Source: a virus
Lineage: Duplodnaviria; Caudoviricetes
Strand: one strand, 5' to 3'
Virus record (IMG/VR): IMGVR_UViG_3300025389_000011
DNA length: 64,000 nt
Part shown: positions 46,599 to 55,822 of the stretch, piece after piece
How the letters are laid out: each line of letters starts with the position of its first letter
Numbering within the stretch: the first letter of the stretch is position 1
Notes under the pieces: generated by a model
The model's database searches: none
What the model saw: the letters and a program-made list of their open reading frames with translations, nothing else
What the model was told of the DNA's origin: nothing
Program-made: the position numbers and the translations under genes

Positions 46599-46673
46599 CG
46601 TGGGGTGGAGAAGTAGTATCTCATCAGTCTCATAAGCTGAAGAACGGCGGTGCGATTCCGTCCCCCGCAACCA
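46599..46673 (+). tRNA. tRNA-fMet(CAT)-like initiator
   Basis: C1xA72 mismatch, CT-CAT-AA loop, CCA; lacks the 3 G-C anticodon-stem pairs. Confidence 0.8.
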
Positions 46674-46677
46674 GTTT

Positions 46678-46754
46678 CGGAGTGTGGCGCAGTCTGGTAG
46701 CGCACCTGGTTTGGGACCAGGGGGTCCAAGGTTCGAATCCTTGTACTCCGACCA
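46678..46754 (+). tRNA. tRNA-Pro(TGG)
   Basis: Cloverleaf, CGG start, CCA. Confidence 0.95.
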
Positions 46755-46775
46755 AGTTTTTTATAAGGAAAATAA

Positions 46776-47045
46776 ATGCAAGTAAGAGCAAGTCATATTT
46801 TAGTGCCAACCCTGGCAGAGGCAGTAAACTTAAAAGAACAAGTCAGTAAAGGTGCAGATTTTGCACAATTGGCAAAACAACACAGCAAGTGCCCTAGCGG
46901 CCAAAATGGTGGAGATTTAGGACCTTTTGGTCGTGGCATGATGGTTAAGCCATTTGAAGATGTAGCATTTGGTAGTGATGTGGGTGTAACCAGTGGTCCA
47001 GTGCAGACACAATTTGGTTATCATTTAATTAAAAGAACAGCGTAA
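46776..47045 (+). CDS. ppiC: Parvulin-type peptidyl-prolyl isomerase
   Basis: ASHILV, FAQLAKQHSKCPSG..GGDLG.F.RG.MVKPFE, VQTQFGYHLI. Confidence 0.95.
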   Translation: MQVRASHILVPTLAEAVNLKEQVSKGADFAQLAKQHSKCPSGQNGGDLGPFGRGMMVKPFEDVAFGSDVGVTSGPVQTQFGYHLIKRTA

Positions 47046-47054
47046 GGAAATAGT

Positions 47055-47222
47055 ATGACATGTAGAGGCTATGATGCTAAGGCAGTAAAAATTTCAAAAC
47101 AAGTTAAGCGTACCGCGGCACAATATCTTGACCCACATTTGCGTGGAGCAATTATTCGTAGTTTTGTTGAAATTGAAAAATCAGGACTACGTTCAGTACG
47201 TAAAGATAAGGATAGCAAGTAA
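47055..47222 (+). CDS. Small basic hypothetical protein (55 aa)
   Basis: AAGGA RBS; MTCRGYDAKAVKISK. Confidence 0.6.
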   Translation: MTCRGYDAKAVKISKQVKRTAAQYLDPHLRGAIIRSFVEIEKSGLRSVRKDKDSK

Positions 47223-47401
47223 TGAGTAAAGGTAGCAGACCACGTCCATATAGTGTTGATTTAAAAACATTTGACAATAACTGGGATATGATTTTCCGCA
47301 AGCCTGATCCAAGAGTAATTGAAGATGCTAAATTGGAAGATGAGGCATTTCAAGAAATTACTAAACAAACAGAAGTTAAAGATAGCCAGCAAGGGGGCTA
47401 A
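47222..47401 (+). CDS. Small hypothetical protein (59 aa)
   Basis: TAATG coupling; MSKGSRPRPYSVD...FDNNWDMIF. Confidence 0.6.
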   Translation: MSKGSRPRPYSVDLKTFDNNWDMIFRKPDPRVIEDAKLEDEAFQEITKQTEVKDSQQGG

Positions 47402-47411
47402 ATAGATTTAT

Positions 47412-47487
47412 ACCTGGTTAACTCAGTTGGTAGAGTGTCTGCCTTACACGCAGAATGTCGGCGGTTCGAACCCGTCACCAGGTACCA
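47412..47487 (+). tRNA. tRNA-Val(TAC)
   Basis: Cloverleaf, CCA. Confidence 0.95.
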
Positions 47488-47494
47488 AGTATTT

Positions 47495-47570
47495 GCGGGA
47501 TTAGCTCAGTTGGTAGAGCGAGTGCTTGCCAAGCACTAGGTCGTCAGTTCGAACCTGATATCCCGCTCCA
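47495..47570 (+). tRNA. tRNA-Gly(GCC)
   Basis: Cloverleaf, U73, CCA. Confidence 0.95.
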
Positions 47571-47587
47571 AATAATTAAAGGAAAAT

Positions 47588-47869
47588 ATGTCATCAATAT
47601 CATCTAGATATACGAGCGAAAAGGCAGTAGACAAAGTAGGTAATAGATTTGATTTAGTTCTTATTGCATCGTTAAGGGCAAGAGAATTAACAATGGGTCA
47701 TCCAACTAAATTAACTGATCCTGGATTTAATCCTAATGAAATGCCTAAACCAATGACAATTGCAATACGAGAAATTGAAGAAGGTTTAGTAGGTAGAGAA
47801 TACTTAGATGTTTATAAAGACAGCGAAAGTCAACGTAAGAAAAATAATATACGTTATACTGAAATATAA
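47588..47869 (+). CDS. rpoZ: RNA polymerase omega subunit homolog
   Basis: NRFDLVLIASLRAREL...KPMTIAIREIEEGLV matches the omega signature. Confidence 0.85.
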   Translation: MSSISSRYTSEKAVDKVGNRFDLVLIASLRARELTMGHPTKLTDPGFNPNEMPKPMTIAIREIEEGLVGREYLDVYKDSESQRKKNNIRYTEI

Positions 47870-47951
47870 ATAGAACCTATGTAGGACAACACCTTAAGCT
47901 CATGCCGTGGTTTGGTAATGTGAGTAGCCGACATTATGGAATAAATACAAA

Positions 47952-48497
47952 ATGTTTGTTATTGTATATACCCCGGGGTACTGCGGTAATATTGTAGCCG
48001 CTACCATTGATTCAACGGATTATAAATTTATAAATATATCTAAACCTAAAGATTCAAGTAATATCATTGGATGTCACTTGAAAAATTCCAATCCCTCATT
48101 ACGAAATTTAACTTTACCAGTAGTTACTATAGAAGATGTAAATCATTATTATCAATATTTAGATGATTGTAAAAATTTATCTAAAGCCGTACCTTCTCAT
48201 AGATTATGGATATTTAATTATTGGAAAATTGATTTTGGTAAATACCCACATATTTATATAACCACTAATGATAGTAATTTGCATAAATGGGTAGATGATA
48301 GAATTGATTTAATGACCACTTCAATAAAATATGAACATGTTAATTACTCTAAATACTTTGACAAAATAATTGACCTTAAAGATATTATTAACGGAAATTT
48401 AATTAATGTACTTAGTCAATGGATAAATGTCGATGAGTTGGATAAAAATATATACAAACAGTGGTTAGAAAAAAACAAAAAACAATTCTACTTTTAA
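47952..48497 (+). CDS. P-loop/sulfotransferase-like protein (paralog of 49710)
   Basis: IVYTPGYCGNIVAATID...DIINGNLINVLSQW...NIYKQWLEKN. Confidence 0.5.
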   Translation: MFVIVYTPGYCGNIVAATIDSTDYKFINISKPKDSSNIIGCHLKNSNPSLRNLTLPVVTIEDVNHYYQYLDDCKNLSKAVPSHRLWIFNYWKIDFGKYPHIYITTNDSNLHKWVDDRIDLMTTSIKYEHVNYSKYFDKIIDLKDIINGNLINVLSQWINVDELDKNIYKQWLEKNKKQFYF

Positions 48498-48502
48498 TCC
48501 TG

Positions 48503-49174
48503 TTATCTTTCACCTGGCTTTAAATAGTCTTCACCTCTAAGCAAATCCCAAGGTCTAGATTTTTCTACAACAGGACCTGTATAGGTTTTCCAAGAACGAC
48601 CTATCAAACATGATCTGATGCCGCTTTCTAATCTAGTAACTCTATGCATATAGTTTGATGGAAAGAACACTCCTGTACCAAATGTTCTACTAACATGATG
48701 GTCTTCAACATACAAGTCACCGCCTACATAGTCATCACTATCTGCTAACTGAATAATTAAATTCATTTTTCTTTCTTCAGTTTCTTCAAAGTTTAAACAA
48801 CCGTCGTGATGCACATCAAAACAATCCCCTTCTTTATACATTTTTATTTCATAAGGCTCTAGGTACAATATTTCGTAATTATTTTGTTGTGCGTTTAGTG
48901 TCCAAGCATCTTGCAATAATTCATAAATACCATTATCGTAACCGTGTACGTTCATAGTTTCATGTACATGGCATGTGTAAAATCCCGAAACTCCGTCTTT
49001 GGTATTAGGGGTTCGTCTATGTAATCCTGATGCTATTTCGTCAACTGCATATTTTTTTAAATTTTCTCCCATCTCCCTACTAATCATATTAGGTATTTCA
49101 ATGATAGTGTTATAATCAATGTGTTCTGGTGTTGGTGATAAAATAGCTTTAGGTTTTCGTTTTATTGGGTACAT
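48503..49174 (-). CDS. 2OG-Fe(II) oxygenase (prolyl-hydroxylase-like)
   Basis: FDVHHDG, RKMNLIIQL, YVGGDL, FFPSNYMHRV, GIRSCL. Confidence 0.85.
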   Translation of the reverse strand: MYPIKRKPKAILSPTPEHIDYNTIIEIPNMISREMGENLKKYAVDEIASGLHRRTPNTKDGVSGFYTCHVHETMNVHGYDNGIYELLQDAWTLNAQQNNYEILYLEPYEIKMYKEGDCFDVHHDGCLNFEETEERKMNLIIQLADSDDYVGGDLYVEDHHVSRTFGTGVFFPSNYMHRVTRLESGIRSCLIGRSWKTYTGPVVEKSRPWDLLRGEDYLKPGER

Positions 49175-49191
49175 GCATATATTTAGTAAAC

Positions 49192-49220
49192 TTGACAAAA
49201 TATTCTTAAATTGTTATAAT
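49192..49220 (+). promoter_or_regulatory. Sigma70-type promoter
   Basis: TTGACA-17-TATAAT upstream of 49238. Confidence 0.8.
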
Positions 49221-49237
49221 TAAGTAAAGGAAAAATT

Positions 49238-49708
49238 ATGCCAAAATGTTATCAACTTATCGGAGTGCCAGGTAGTGGTAAAACAACCTGGGTGAGCAAA
49301 AATCAAGACTTGTTGTCAAAATGCGTGTATATATCTACGGATAAATTTGTAGAAGCCTACGCACATGAAGTTGGTAAAACTTACATAGAAGTATTTGATG
49401 AGATTATGCTCAAGGCTATTGACATGATGACTAACGAAGTAATACAAGCACGTACTGAAGGTTTTGATATTGTGTGGGATCAAACTAGCACTACAGTTGC
49501 AAGTAGGTTAAAAAAATTTCGTATGCTTCCTAATTATGAACACATAGCAGTTGTGTTTAAAACTCCGGAAGAATTAGAATTAACACGCAGGCTTAAAAGC
49601 AGACCTGGTAAAGTAATTCCGCCACGTGTTATTACGCAAATGATAGCGCATTGGGAAAATCCTACGGTAGAAGAAGGTTTTAAGGATATTTGGCTCATAA
49701 ATAATTAA
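49238..49708 (+). CDS. P-loop kinase (AAA_33 / polynucleotide-kinase-like)
   Basis: LIGVPGSGKTT, ISTD, VWDQTS, R..SRPGKVIP. Confidence 0.85.
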   Translation: MPKCYQLIGVPGSGKTTWVSKNQDLLSKCVYISTDKFVEAYAHEVGKTYIEVFDEIMLKAIDMMTNEVIQARTEGFDIVWDQTSTTVASRLKKFRMLPNYEHIAVVFKTPEELELTRRLKSRPGKVIPPRVITQMIAHWENPTVEEGFKDIWLINN

Positions 49709-49709
49709 T

Positions 49710-50300
49710 ATGTATGTAATATTATATAATCCAGGCTCGGGTGGCAATTTAGTTGCATCTGTCATTGATCCTAAAAATTATTTTTTCGCCGCTACCCCAA
49801 ATAATCAGAATTTATTACATATGGGGATAGATAAAAATTCATTAAGATACGAGTATAGTGTTGTAGGATTTGATCCTAAATATAAAAATGTCACGGAGCG
49901 TAGGCAAGAAAAATTAAATTTATTGACTAAAATCAAAAATGAATATACCGCCATATCGGATCACGATGTTCCTATGTTTGTTGATTTTGTTAATTTTCAA
50001 TTACGATACAAAGAATTTGATTATATTATTATTGATGATACGTCTTCAATTGAATCAACTACTAAAAGAAATTTAGAAGTTCAACTCTTAGAAACCTCTG
50101 GGGTAGTAGTTGATCCTAATAATAAAAAATGGATTTCACAGCTTAAACATTTTAATGTATGTGATAAATTTATAGGTTTTGATGACATCATCAATGGTAA
50201 TTTGATAAAAATTTTGAAACAGTGGGTAAACACCCCGTTAAATGAAAATATTTATGAAATTTGGTTAGAAAAAAATCGAAAGTATTTTTTTGATACATAA
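49710..50300 (+). CDS. P-loop/sulfotransferase-like protein (paralog of 47952)
   Basis: ILYNPGSGGNLVASVID...DIINGNLIKILKQW...NIYEIWLEKN. Confidence 0.5.
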   Translation: MYVILYNPGSGGNLVASVIDPKNYFFAATPNNQNLLHMGIDKNSLRYEYSVVGFDPKYKNVTERRQEKLNLLTKIKNEYTAISDHDVPMFVDFVNFQLRYKEFDYIIIDDTSSIESTTKRNLEVQLLETSGVVVDPNNKKWISQLKHFNVCDKFIGFDDIINGNLIKILKQWVNTPLNENIYEIWLEKNRKYFFDT

Positions 50301-50393
50301 CCTATATAATTCTGACTTCAAGCAAATAAAACCAAATACTTTACAATATAACCAAACTGTGTTATAATAGTTAATTAACGAAAGGAGGGCAAG

Positions 50394-50987
50394 ATGCCTA
50401 GTGTATTTTTAGTCAGCGACACGCACTTTGGTCACGCAGGTGTTTGCCGCTTTACAAGAAATGATGGTGTAACAAAGTTACGCCCATGGACTGATCCAGA
50501 TGAAATGGATGAAGCCATGGTGGAACGTTGGAATGCAAAAGTAAAGCCAACGGACAAAGTCTATCACTTAGGTGACGTTGTTATCAACAGGAAAGCATTA
50601 AAGATAATGCACCGATTAAACGGTGACAAGGTCTTAATCCGTGGTAACCACGACATTTTTCGTGATGATGACTATCGTTTACACTTTCGTGAATTACGTG
50701 CGTACCACGTTATGAACGGAATGATATTAAGTCACATACCTATACATGAAGAAAGTTTAGGTAGATTTGGTGTCAACATTCATGGTCACTTACATGCAAA
50801 CCGTGTGATGAAAAAAGTTCATTGGGGTAATACCAAGAACTTTGATGAAGTGATAGACACTCGATACCATTGCGTTTGCGTGGAACACACCGACTACGCA
50901 CCTATCTTATTTGAAGAAGTCATAGACCGAATCAAAGCAGAAGGCGGTGAAGTTGGTTTCAAAAACGGCAACGGCCCTACAATGTAA
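50394..50987 (+). CDS. Calcineurin-like metallophosphoesterase
   Basis: SDTHFGH, YHLGD, RGNHD, LSHIP, NIHGHLH. Confidence 0.92.
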   Translation: MPSVFLVSDTHFGHAGVCRFTRNDGVTKLRPWTDPDEMDEAMVERWNAKVKPTDKVYHLGDVVINRKALKIMHRLNGDKVLIRGNHDIFRDDDYRLHFRELRAYHVMNGMILSHIPIHEESLGRFGVNIHGHLHANRVMKKVHWGNTKNFDEVIDTRYHCVCVEHTDYAPILFEEVIDRIKAEGGEVGFKNGNGPTM

Positions 50988-51733
50988 TGCGTAAACTGTT
51001 TATATTGTTATTGTTACCGTTTAATGCATTGGCTACTAATCTAGCAGTACTTAACTCCAGTACCAATACATTGATAGAAGGTCAATTGTGTTGCGAAAAA
51101 GTTAGTATTGCTAGTATTAGTAAACTAATGACAATTTACACCGTGTTATCTGCAAATCAAGATTTAGACGAAAAACTAATCGTACCTGAAACCAAAATAC
51201 ATGGTAGACTATCTAAAGGTATGGAAGTATCTAGGTTAGACTTAATTAAACTAGCCCTTGTAAGTAGCGATAATGTTGCCGCCACTACCCTAGCAGAAAA
51301 CTATATAGGTGGTGAACATGGCTTTGTAGAATCTATGAATAGCAATGCAAAAAAATTAAACATGAATAATACAGGATTTGTGGAACCCACTGGTCTTAGT
51401 GTTATGAATTATAGCACTACGGGTGATGTAATCACTTTGACGAATGCATTGGTACAATACAAGATTTTCAAAGATGCGGGACAAACAAAAGAATTGTCAA
51501 TACTTGTACGCAAAAATAAAAAGATGATGATATTACATTCTCATCCTACTAGTACTTATTTCGGTGATGAAAAAGTTATAGCACTTAAAACAGGATTTAC
51601 TAATGCCGCGGGTTTTTGTATAACTATGTTAGTTAATATTAATAATCAATATTATAATATTGTTGTTTTAGGAGCTAGAACTCCTAATGAAAGAACTAAA
51701 CTTATAAAGCAAACACTAGCGAGATTACAATGA
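50987..51733 (+). CDS. Peptidase S11 (D-Ala-D-Ala carboxy/endopeptidase, PBP5/PBP7-like)
   Basis: Signal peptide, ASISK (SxxK), SDN and KTG motifs. Confidence 0.9.
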   Translation: MRKLFILLLLPFNALATNLAVLNSSTNTLIEGQLCCEKVSIASISKLMTIYTVLSANQDLDEKLIVPETKIHGRLSKGMEVSRLDLIKLALVSSDNVAATTLAENYIGGEHGFVESMNSNAKKLNMNNTGFVEPTGLSVMNYSTTGDVITLTNALVQYKIFKDAGQTKELSILVRKNKKMMILHSHPTSTYFGDEKVIALKTGFTNAAGFCITMLVNINNQYYNIVVLGARTPNERTKLIKQTLARLQ

Positions 51734-51770
51734 AATATTTGATTTTGTAATATAAAATATAAATAAGGGT

Positions 51771-52229
51771 ATGCTAGAATTTATTAAAGATATTTCCCAC
51801 GCACTATTAAGTTTCATTAAGGATGATCCTGTGAGACCTGAAATACCAACAGACTTTAGAGTTAGCGATGGCCGTATGGTTGCGGCATTAACTGATGAAG
51901 AAAAAAATCCTGAAGCCATGGTATGTGTTAGCTTTCATGATTTTGTTCCTGAATCGGTTGATGGATTAAAACAAACTAGCAAGGTTCCTACTACCGCTAT
52001 ATTCTATACAATATGGAGTTATAAGAGTGGTAAAGGTCAGGAACTATTATTTAGGGCTGTTAAAGGGATACAAGAACAATACCCAAGTGTAACTAGGTTT
52101 GTGACATTAAGTCCTAAGACAAACACAGCAAGACGTTTTCACTTAAAAAACGGTGCAATTATCCTACGTGAAAATGTAGACACTACAAATTACGAATATA
52201 TTACAAAAAACGACAAAAATCCATCATAA
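51771..52229 (+). CDS. Hypothetical protein (possibly GNAT-like)
   Basis: FYTIWSYKSGKGQELL...TLSPKT..ARRFHLKNGA. Confidence 0.55.
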   Translation: MLEFIKDISHALLSFIKDDPVRPEIPTDFRVSDGRMVAALTDEEKNPEAMVCVSFHDFVPESVDGLKQTSKVPTTAIFYTIWSYKSGKGQELLFRAVKGIQEQYPSVTRFVTLSPKTNTARRFHLKNGAIILRENVDTTNYEYITKNDKNPS

Positions 52230-52253
52230 AATATGACAATTTTGTGACAATTT

Positions 52254-52309
52254 TGTTGTAAAAATACAACATTTGGTAATTTGACAATAAATGGGTTCGG
52301 GTATATAAT
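52254..52309 (+). promoter_or_regulatory. Sigma70 promoter with an upstream TGTTGTAAAAATACAACA palindrome
   Basis: Palindrome 52254-52271; TTGACA 52281; TATAAT 52304. Confidence 0.85.
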
Positions 52310-52315
52310 ACTCTT

Positions 52316-52654
52316 ATGAACTCGAAAATCACACGTAAACGCAGAACCGATAGAAATCAGGTGATTTACTTTATCCAAGATACAGTAACACTTGAGTATT
52401 ACATTGGTTTAACTGCTATTTGCTACAAAGGAAATGTTCGCAAAACACTTACCCGTCGTATGCAAAAGCACATGCAACGTGCCTTGACTGAAAACAAAAA
52501 CTGGGGCCTGTCACGTGCATTACGTGAACGTGGTGCCGAGCGTTTTGTATTCGGGGTCATTGAAGTTGTTCGTGGTAAGCGTCCTGCTCATCAACGTGAA
52601 ACAGAATTAATTAACAGTTTGCAACCTTCTCTTAACACATTTGGAGTAAAATAA
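52316..52654 (+). CDS. GIY-YIG nuclease-like protein
   Basis: VIYFIQ...YYIGLT...RRMQKH...RETELI...LN. Confidence 0.75.
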   Translation: MNSKITRKRRTDRNQVIYFIQDTVTLEYYIGLTAICYKGNVRKTLTRRMQKHMQRALTENKNWGLSRALRERGAERFVFGVIEVVRGKRPAHQRETELINSLQPSLNTFGVK

Positions 52655-52741
52655 TGTCACAAGCACTTATCAATTTTGCAATTATGTTGTCTCCTATTTT
52701 CTTGATGTTGTTAGCAATCATCATTAAAGAAGGTTTTTAAT

Positions 52742-53104
52742 ATGAAAAGTTTAATAGATTTTGACGACATGCCACTGGGTTACATGGGTATGGAAATCCC
52801 ACAACATACTAAAGAAACTTTGCACAATTACCTAATCAGAGGTTGGGCCCCCGGTGGTTTTGTTGAAAGTATGTTGGCATGTAATTATGAACGTGCCTTA
52901 TATACGGCTGATACCGCTAATCGCCGATATTTTTGGGCCATAGCAATGTGGATTCGAGACAATGCCCCGAAGCATTCTTGGGGTAGTTATGAGACTATTG
53001 AAAAATGGCGTGATGATTTTATGAATCATCGCACCAATTATGTTACTGAAGTAGAAAAGAAATATATTTGGGCAAAATTAAAAGAGGATCATGTCAACGA
53101 ATAA
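52742..53104 (+). CDS. Hypothetical protein
   Basis: 120-aa ORF in the early-gene block. Confidence 0.65.
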   Translation: MKSLIDFDDMPLGYMGMEIPQHTKETLHNYLIRGWAPGGFVESMLACNYERALYTADTANRRYFWAIAMWIRDNAPKHSWGSYETIEKWRDDFMNHRTNYVTEVEKKYIWAKLKEDHVNE

Positions 53105-53145
53105 CCCTCATGAGGCGTTGTATATATAACACCTCAGGAGTTATT

Positions 53146-53286
53146 ATGTCACAACAAGATTTGATTTTAGAAGTTAGGGAAGTGATTCAACGTTATCATG
53201 GTGCTAGTGCCAATCAAATTGCAAAAAAACTGCATTTGGATATAGCTACAGTTGAACGTGTACTTAAACTAATTAAATCACATTAA
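53146..53286 (+). CDS. Small HTH-like protein
   Basis: AGGAG RBS; SANQIAKKLHLDIATVERVL. Confidence 0.55.
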   Translation: MSQQDLILEVREVIQRYHGASANQIAKKLHLDIATVERVLKLIKSH

Positions 53287-53351
53287 CCAAAACACTTTAC
53301 CCAAATGGGGTAGGGTGTTACATTAACACATACTAACCCAAGGAGTTTGAA

Positions 53352-53864
53352 ATGTTTCTAAAAGATGTCAATGAAGTATTGAACCACAAGATTGTAGGTG
53401 GTAGTGAATATTATTGGAACTGCTATCCCAAATCTAGGTTTATGGATTATGAAAGTGAATATGCACACGTAAGTGTGTTATTCAGTACTGAAACACAGGT
53501 AATCTATTGTGCTGAAATCAACGACAAGGAAAATAAATACAAACCCTATCGTTGGTTAAACCCTGAATATAAAGATGCTTACGTAGCTGAGGCAAAAGAG
53601 CGTGGTATTGATCCTAATAATGCATGGGACAACACAGATTGGCTTGATTTAGAATTATCAGTTGATTGGTTAGAAAAAGCAAAAGCAATTTTTAACGGTT
53701 TAAATTTTGATGAACGTATTCAAGTTCCAGTAAATATCGATAATGATGTAATATTAGAACTGGCCCTACAAGCACATAAACGTGATATTACACTAAATAA
53801 GATGATAGATATTGTTTTACAAACGGCAATTGACCAACATCGTGTCAACGGAACAATAAGCTGA
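53352..53864 (+). CDS. Hypothetical protein with a C-terminal HicB/RHH-like segment
   Basis: LELALQAHKRDITLNKMI. Confidence 0.6.
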   Translation: MFLKDVNEVLNHKIVGGSEYYWNCYPKSRFMDYESEYAHVSVLFSTETQVIYCAEINDKENKYKPYRWLNPEYKDAYVAEAKERGIDPNNAWDNTDWLDLELSVDWLEKAKAIFNGLNFDERIQVPVNIDNDVILELALQAHKRDITLNKMIDIVLQTAIDQHRVNGTIS

Positions 53865-53899
53865 CACGTTATATATATATCATAACAAAGGAAATTATT

Positions 53900-54223
53900 A
53901 TGAAAAAACTTCTTTTAACTATTGGTTTGAGTTTAGGTTTAGTTGTAACAGCAAGTGCCCAAGCACATGAATGGCACGGTGGATATCATGGTTACTATCA
54001 CGGTGGCTGTTATGGTTGTGGTAATTGGGTAGCTCCTGCAATTATCGGTGGTGTAATTGGCTACGAACTTAGCCGACCAAATACTGTAGTTGTTGAACAA
54101 CCAAGTGTTGTATATACACAACCACAAGTAGTTGTCCAACCACCCCCAGCTGGCTATCATTGGCAAGAAATGATTGACCCACAAACAAACACAAAGAAAA
54201 TTGTTTTAGTTCCCAATCAATAA
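53900..54223 (+). CDS. Exported His/Gly-rich protein
   Basis: Signal peptide (ASAQA), WHGGYHG, PAIIGGVIGY, Pro-rich tail. Confidence 0.7.
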   Translation: MKKLLLTIGLSLGLVVTASAQAHEWHGGYHGYYHGGCYGCGNWVAPAIIGGVIGYELSRPNTVVVEQPSVVYTQPQVVVQPPPAGYHWQEMIDPQTNTKKIVLVPNQ

Positions 54224-54268
54224 CCAAAAACTCTTGAAACTTAAACGTGCCTGTTATATAATATCACT

Positions 54269-54559
54269 ATGAATGATATTTTAACAGGCATTTTTATTTG
54301 GATCAAAGATGATTACAAGACGCACCCATTTAGGTTTTTCATTGAAGTCCTTGCATGGGCAATTAGTGTTGGCTGTAGTTTCACTATGGCAGTTACGGTA
54401 CCCAATCCTCCGCTTTTTGTTTTATACCCTGTGTGGATCACTGGTTGCGCTATGTACGCTTGGTCTGCTTTTACTAGGAAATCATTTGGCATGCTGGCTA
54501 ACTACTTATTGTTAGTCACTATTGATAGTGTAGGTTTAATTAGGATGATAATATCATGA
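54269..54559 (+). CDS. Membrane protein
   Basis: Three to four hydrophobic segments; leaderless-type spacing after TTGAAA-17-TATAAT. Confidence 0.7.
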   Translation: MNDILTGIFIWIKDDYKTHPFRFFIEVLAWAISVGCSFTMAVTVPNPPLFVLYPVWITGCAMYAWSAFTRKSFGMLANYLLLVTIDSVGLIRMIIS

Positions 54560-55044
54560 GACTAGAATTAGACGAATTATTGTGCAAGAAGTATCCAAAG
54601 ATGATGGTTAATCGTAATAAGGATATGAAGGAAACTTGCATGTGTTGGGGTTTTGAATGCGGTGATGGTTGGTTTACCCTGCTGGATCACTTAATGGGTA
54701 ATATTCAAAATCATATTGATTGGACAAATAGAAATAGTGAAGTTGTACAACAAGTAACGTTGGATCAAGTTAAAGAAAAGTTTGGTACACTACGTTTCTA
54801 CTATACCGGTGGTGATGATTATATTAGAGGTATGGTAACAATGGCAGAAAGCATGAGTGGTGTTATATGTGAAGAATGTGGTGCCCAGGCTAAGACAAAC
54901 TGGCCTAAAACTGAGAATGATGTTATTGGTGGTTGGGTACGTACAATATGTGAACCATGTGAGGAAGCACGTGAAAAAGCATATGCGCTACGCATGGCTG
55001 AATATAATTTATCAAAACCAACCGTAAAGGTAACAGACGTATGA
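54556..55044 (+). CDS. Hypothetical phage protein
   Basis: GFECGDGW, QVKEKFGTLRFY, CEECG...CEPC. Confidence 0.7.
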   Translation: MRLELDELLCKKYPKMMVNRNKDMKETCMCWGFECGDGWFTLLDHLMGNIQNHIDWTNRNSEVVQQVTLDQVKEKFGTLRFYYTGGDDYIRGMVTMAESMSGVICEECGAQAKTNWPKTENDVIGGWVRTICEPCEEAREKAYALRMAEYNLSKPTVKVTDV

Positions 55045-55484
55045 AATATACTATAGAATTAGAAGAAGATCCAAACACAGGAGATATGATTATGCCTTTT
55101 CCCGAAGGTATGTTAGAAAAATTAGATTGGAAAGAGGGCGACACATTAGATTGGAAAGATAACGGTGATGGTACCTTTACATTATCCAAAATTGAAACTG
55201 AGTGGGTATTGGTAGAAGCCCTAAGCCAATTCAAAGTAAGTTACATGGTTGAAGTGCCCAAAGGTAAGGCTGAATATGCATTGGATACTGTAACTATGGA
55301 ACAAGCAAAAGAATTTAGCCAAGAACATTTACGTCCAACTGACATTATTCTTGGCCATCGTGTTGTCACTCAAGAGGAAGCACTAGCGTTATGTGACACA
55401 CTCAATGAGTATGGTGCTACTTGGGACAAAGAAACAAAAATCAAAAACTTTTTTACAACAACGGAAGATCAAAATGCTAGATAA
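55041..55484 (+). CDS. AbrB-like N-terminal domain protein
   Basis: DMIMPFPEGMLEKLDWKEGDTLDW. Confidence 0.6.
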   Translation: MKYTIELEEDPNTGDMIMPFPEGMLEKLDWKEGDTLDWKDNGDGTFTLSKIETEWVLVEALSQFKVSYMVEVPKGKAEYALDTVTMEQAKEFSQEHLRPTDIILGHRVVTQEEALALCDTLNEYGATWDKETKIKNFFTTTEDQNAR

Positions 55485-55791
55485 CACAAAATCCTCAGAA
55501 TGGACCGAACAAGAATGGAACCAATTTTCTGATTGGTTAAAAGGAATGTTGCAGGCAGATAAAGTAGAAGTTACTTTTACAAAAGCGGATGGTACTGAAC
55601 GTGTAATGAATTGCACATTACATCCTGACTTGCTACCAAAGGTAGAAATAAAAGAAGATGCTAAACCTCGAAAAGAAAGTACAACTGCTATGCGTGTCTA
55701 TGATTTGGACAAAAAAGAATGGCGTAGTTTTACTATCAAAAAGGTTAATAAAATTCAAATCGCTTTAACTGCCCCGCAAGCCGAAGGTTGA
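55474..55791 (+). CDS. T4-like SH3/WYL_2-type small protein
   Basis: VTFTKADGTERVMNCTL...VYDLDKKEWRSF. Confidence 0.65.
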   Translation: MLDNTKSSEWTEQEWNQFSDWLKGMLQADKVEVTFTKADGTERVMNCTLHPDLLPKVEIKEDAKPRKESTTAMRVYDLDKKEWRSFTIKKVNKIQIALTAPQAEG

Positions 55792-55822
55792 CGATAAATA
55801 CGGGTCATGCTATAATACTCAC

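Larger units (their letters stand above)
7672..51765 (+). promoter_or_regulatory. Dispersed T4-late-like (T/G/C)ATAAATA / CTAAATA motifs upstream of genes
   Basis: At 7672, 28218, 37311, 39775, 44400, 45787, 46179, 47865 and 51758; the motif is short and AT-rich, so some may be chance. Confidence 0.5.

Noticed and set aside
38638-46729. ORFs overlapping tRNA genes (e.g. 38638-38841, 42511-42855, 45045-45272, 46355-46729)
   Set aside because: They are translations of tRNA sequences, not proteins.
53882-53896. 14/15 match (ATAACAAAGGAAATT) to the complement of the RNase P insert repeat, overlapping an RBS
   Set aside because: A rough estimate suggests such a match in 64 kb of AT-rich DNA is not unlikely by chance; it is not evidence of targeting without experiments.
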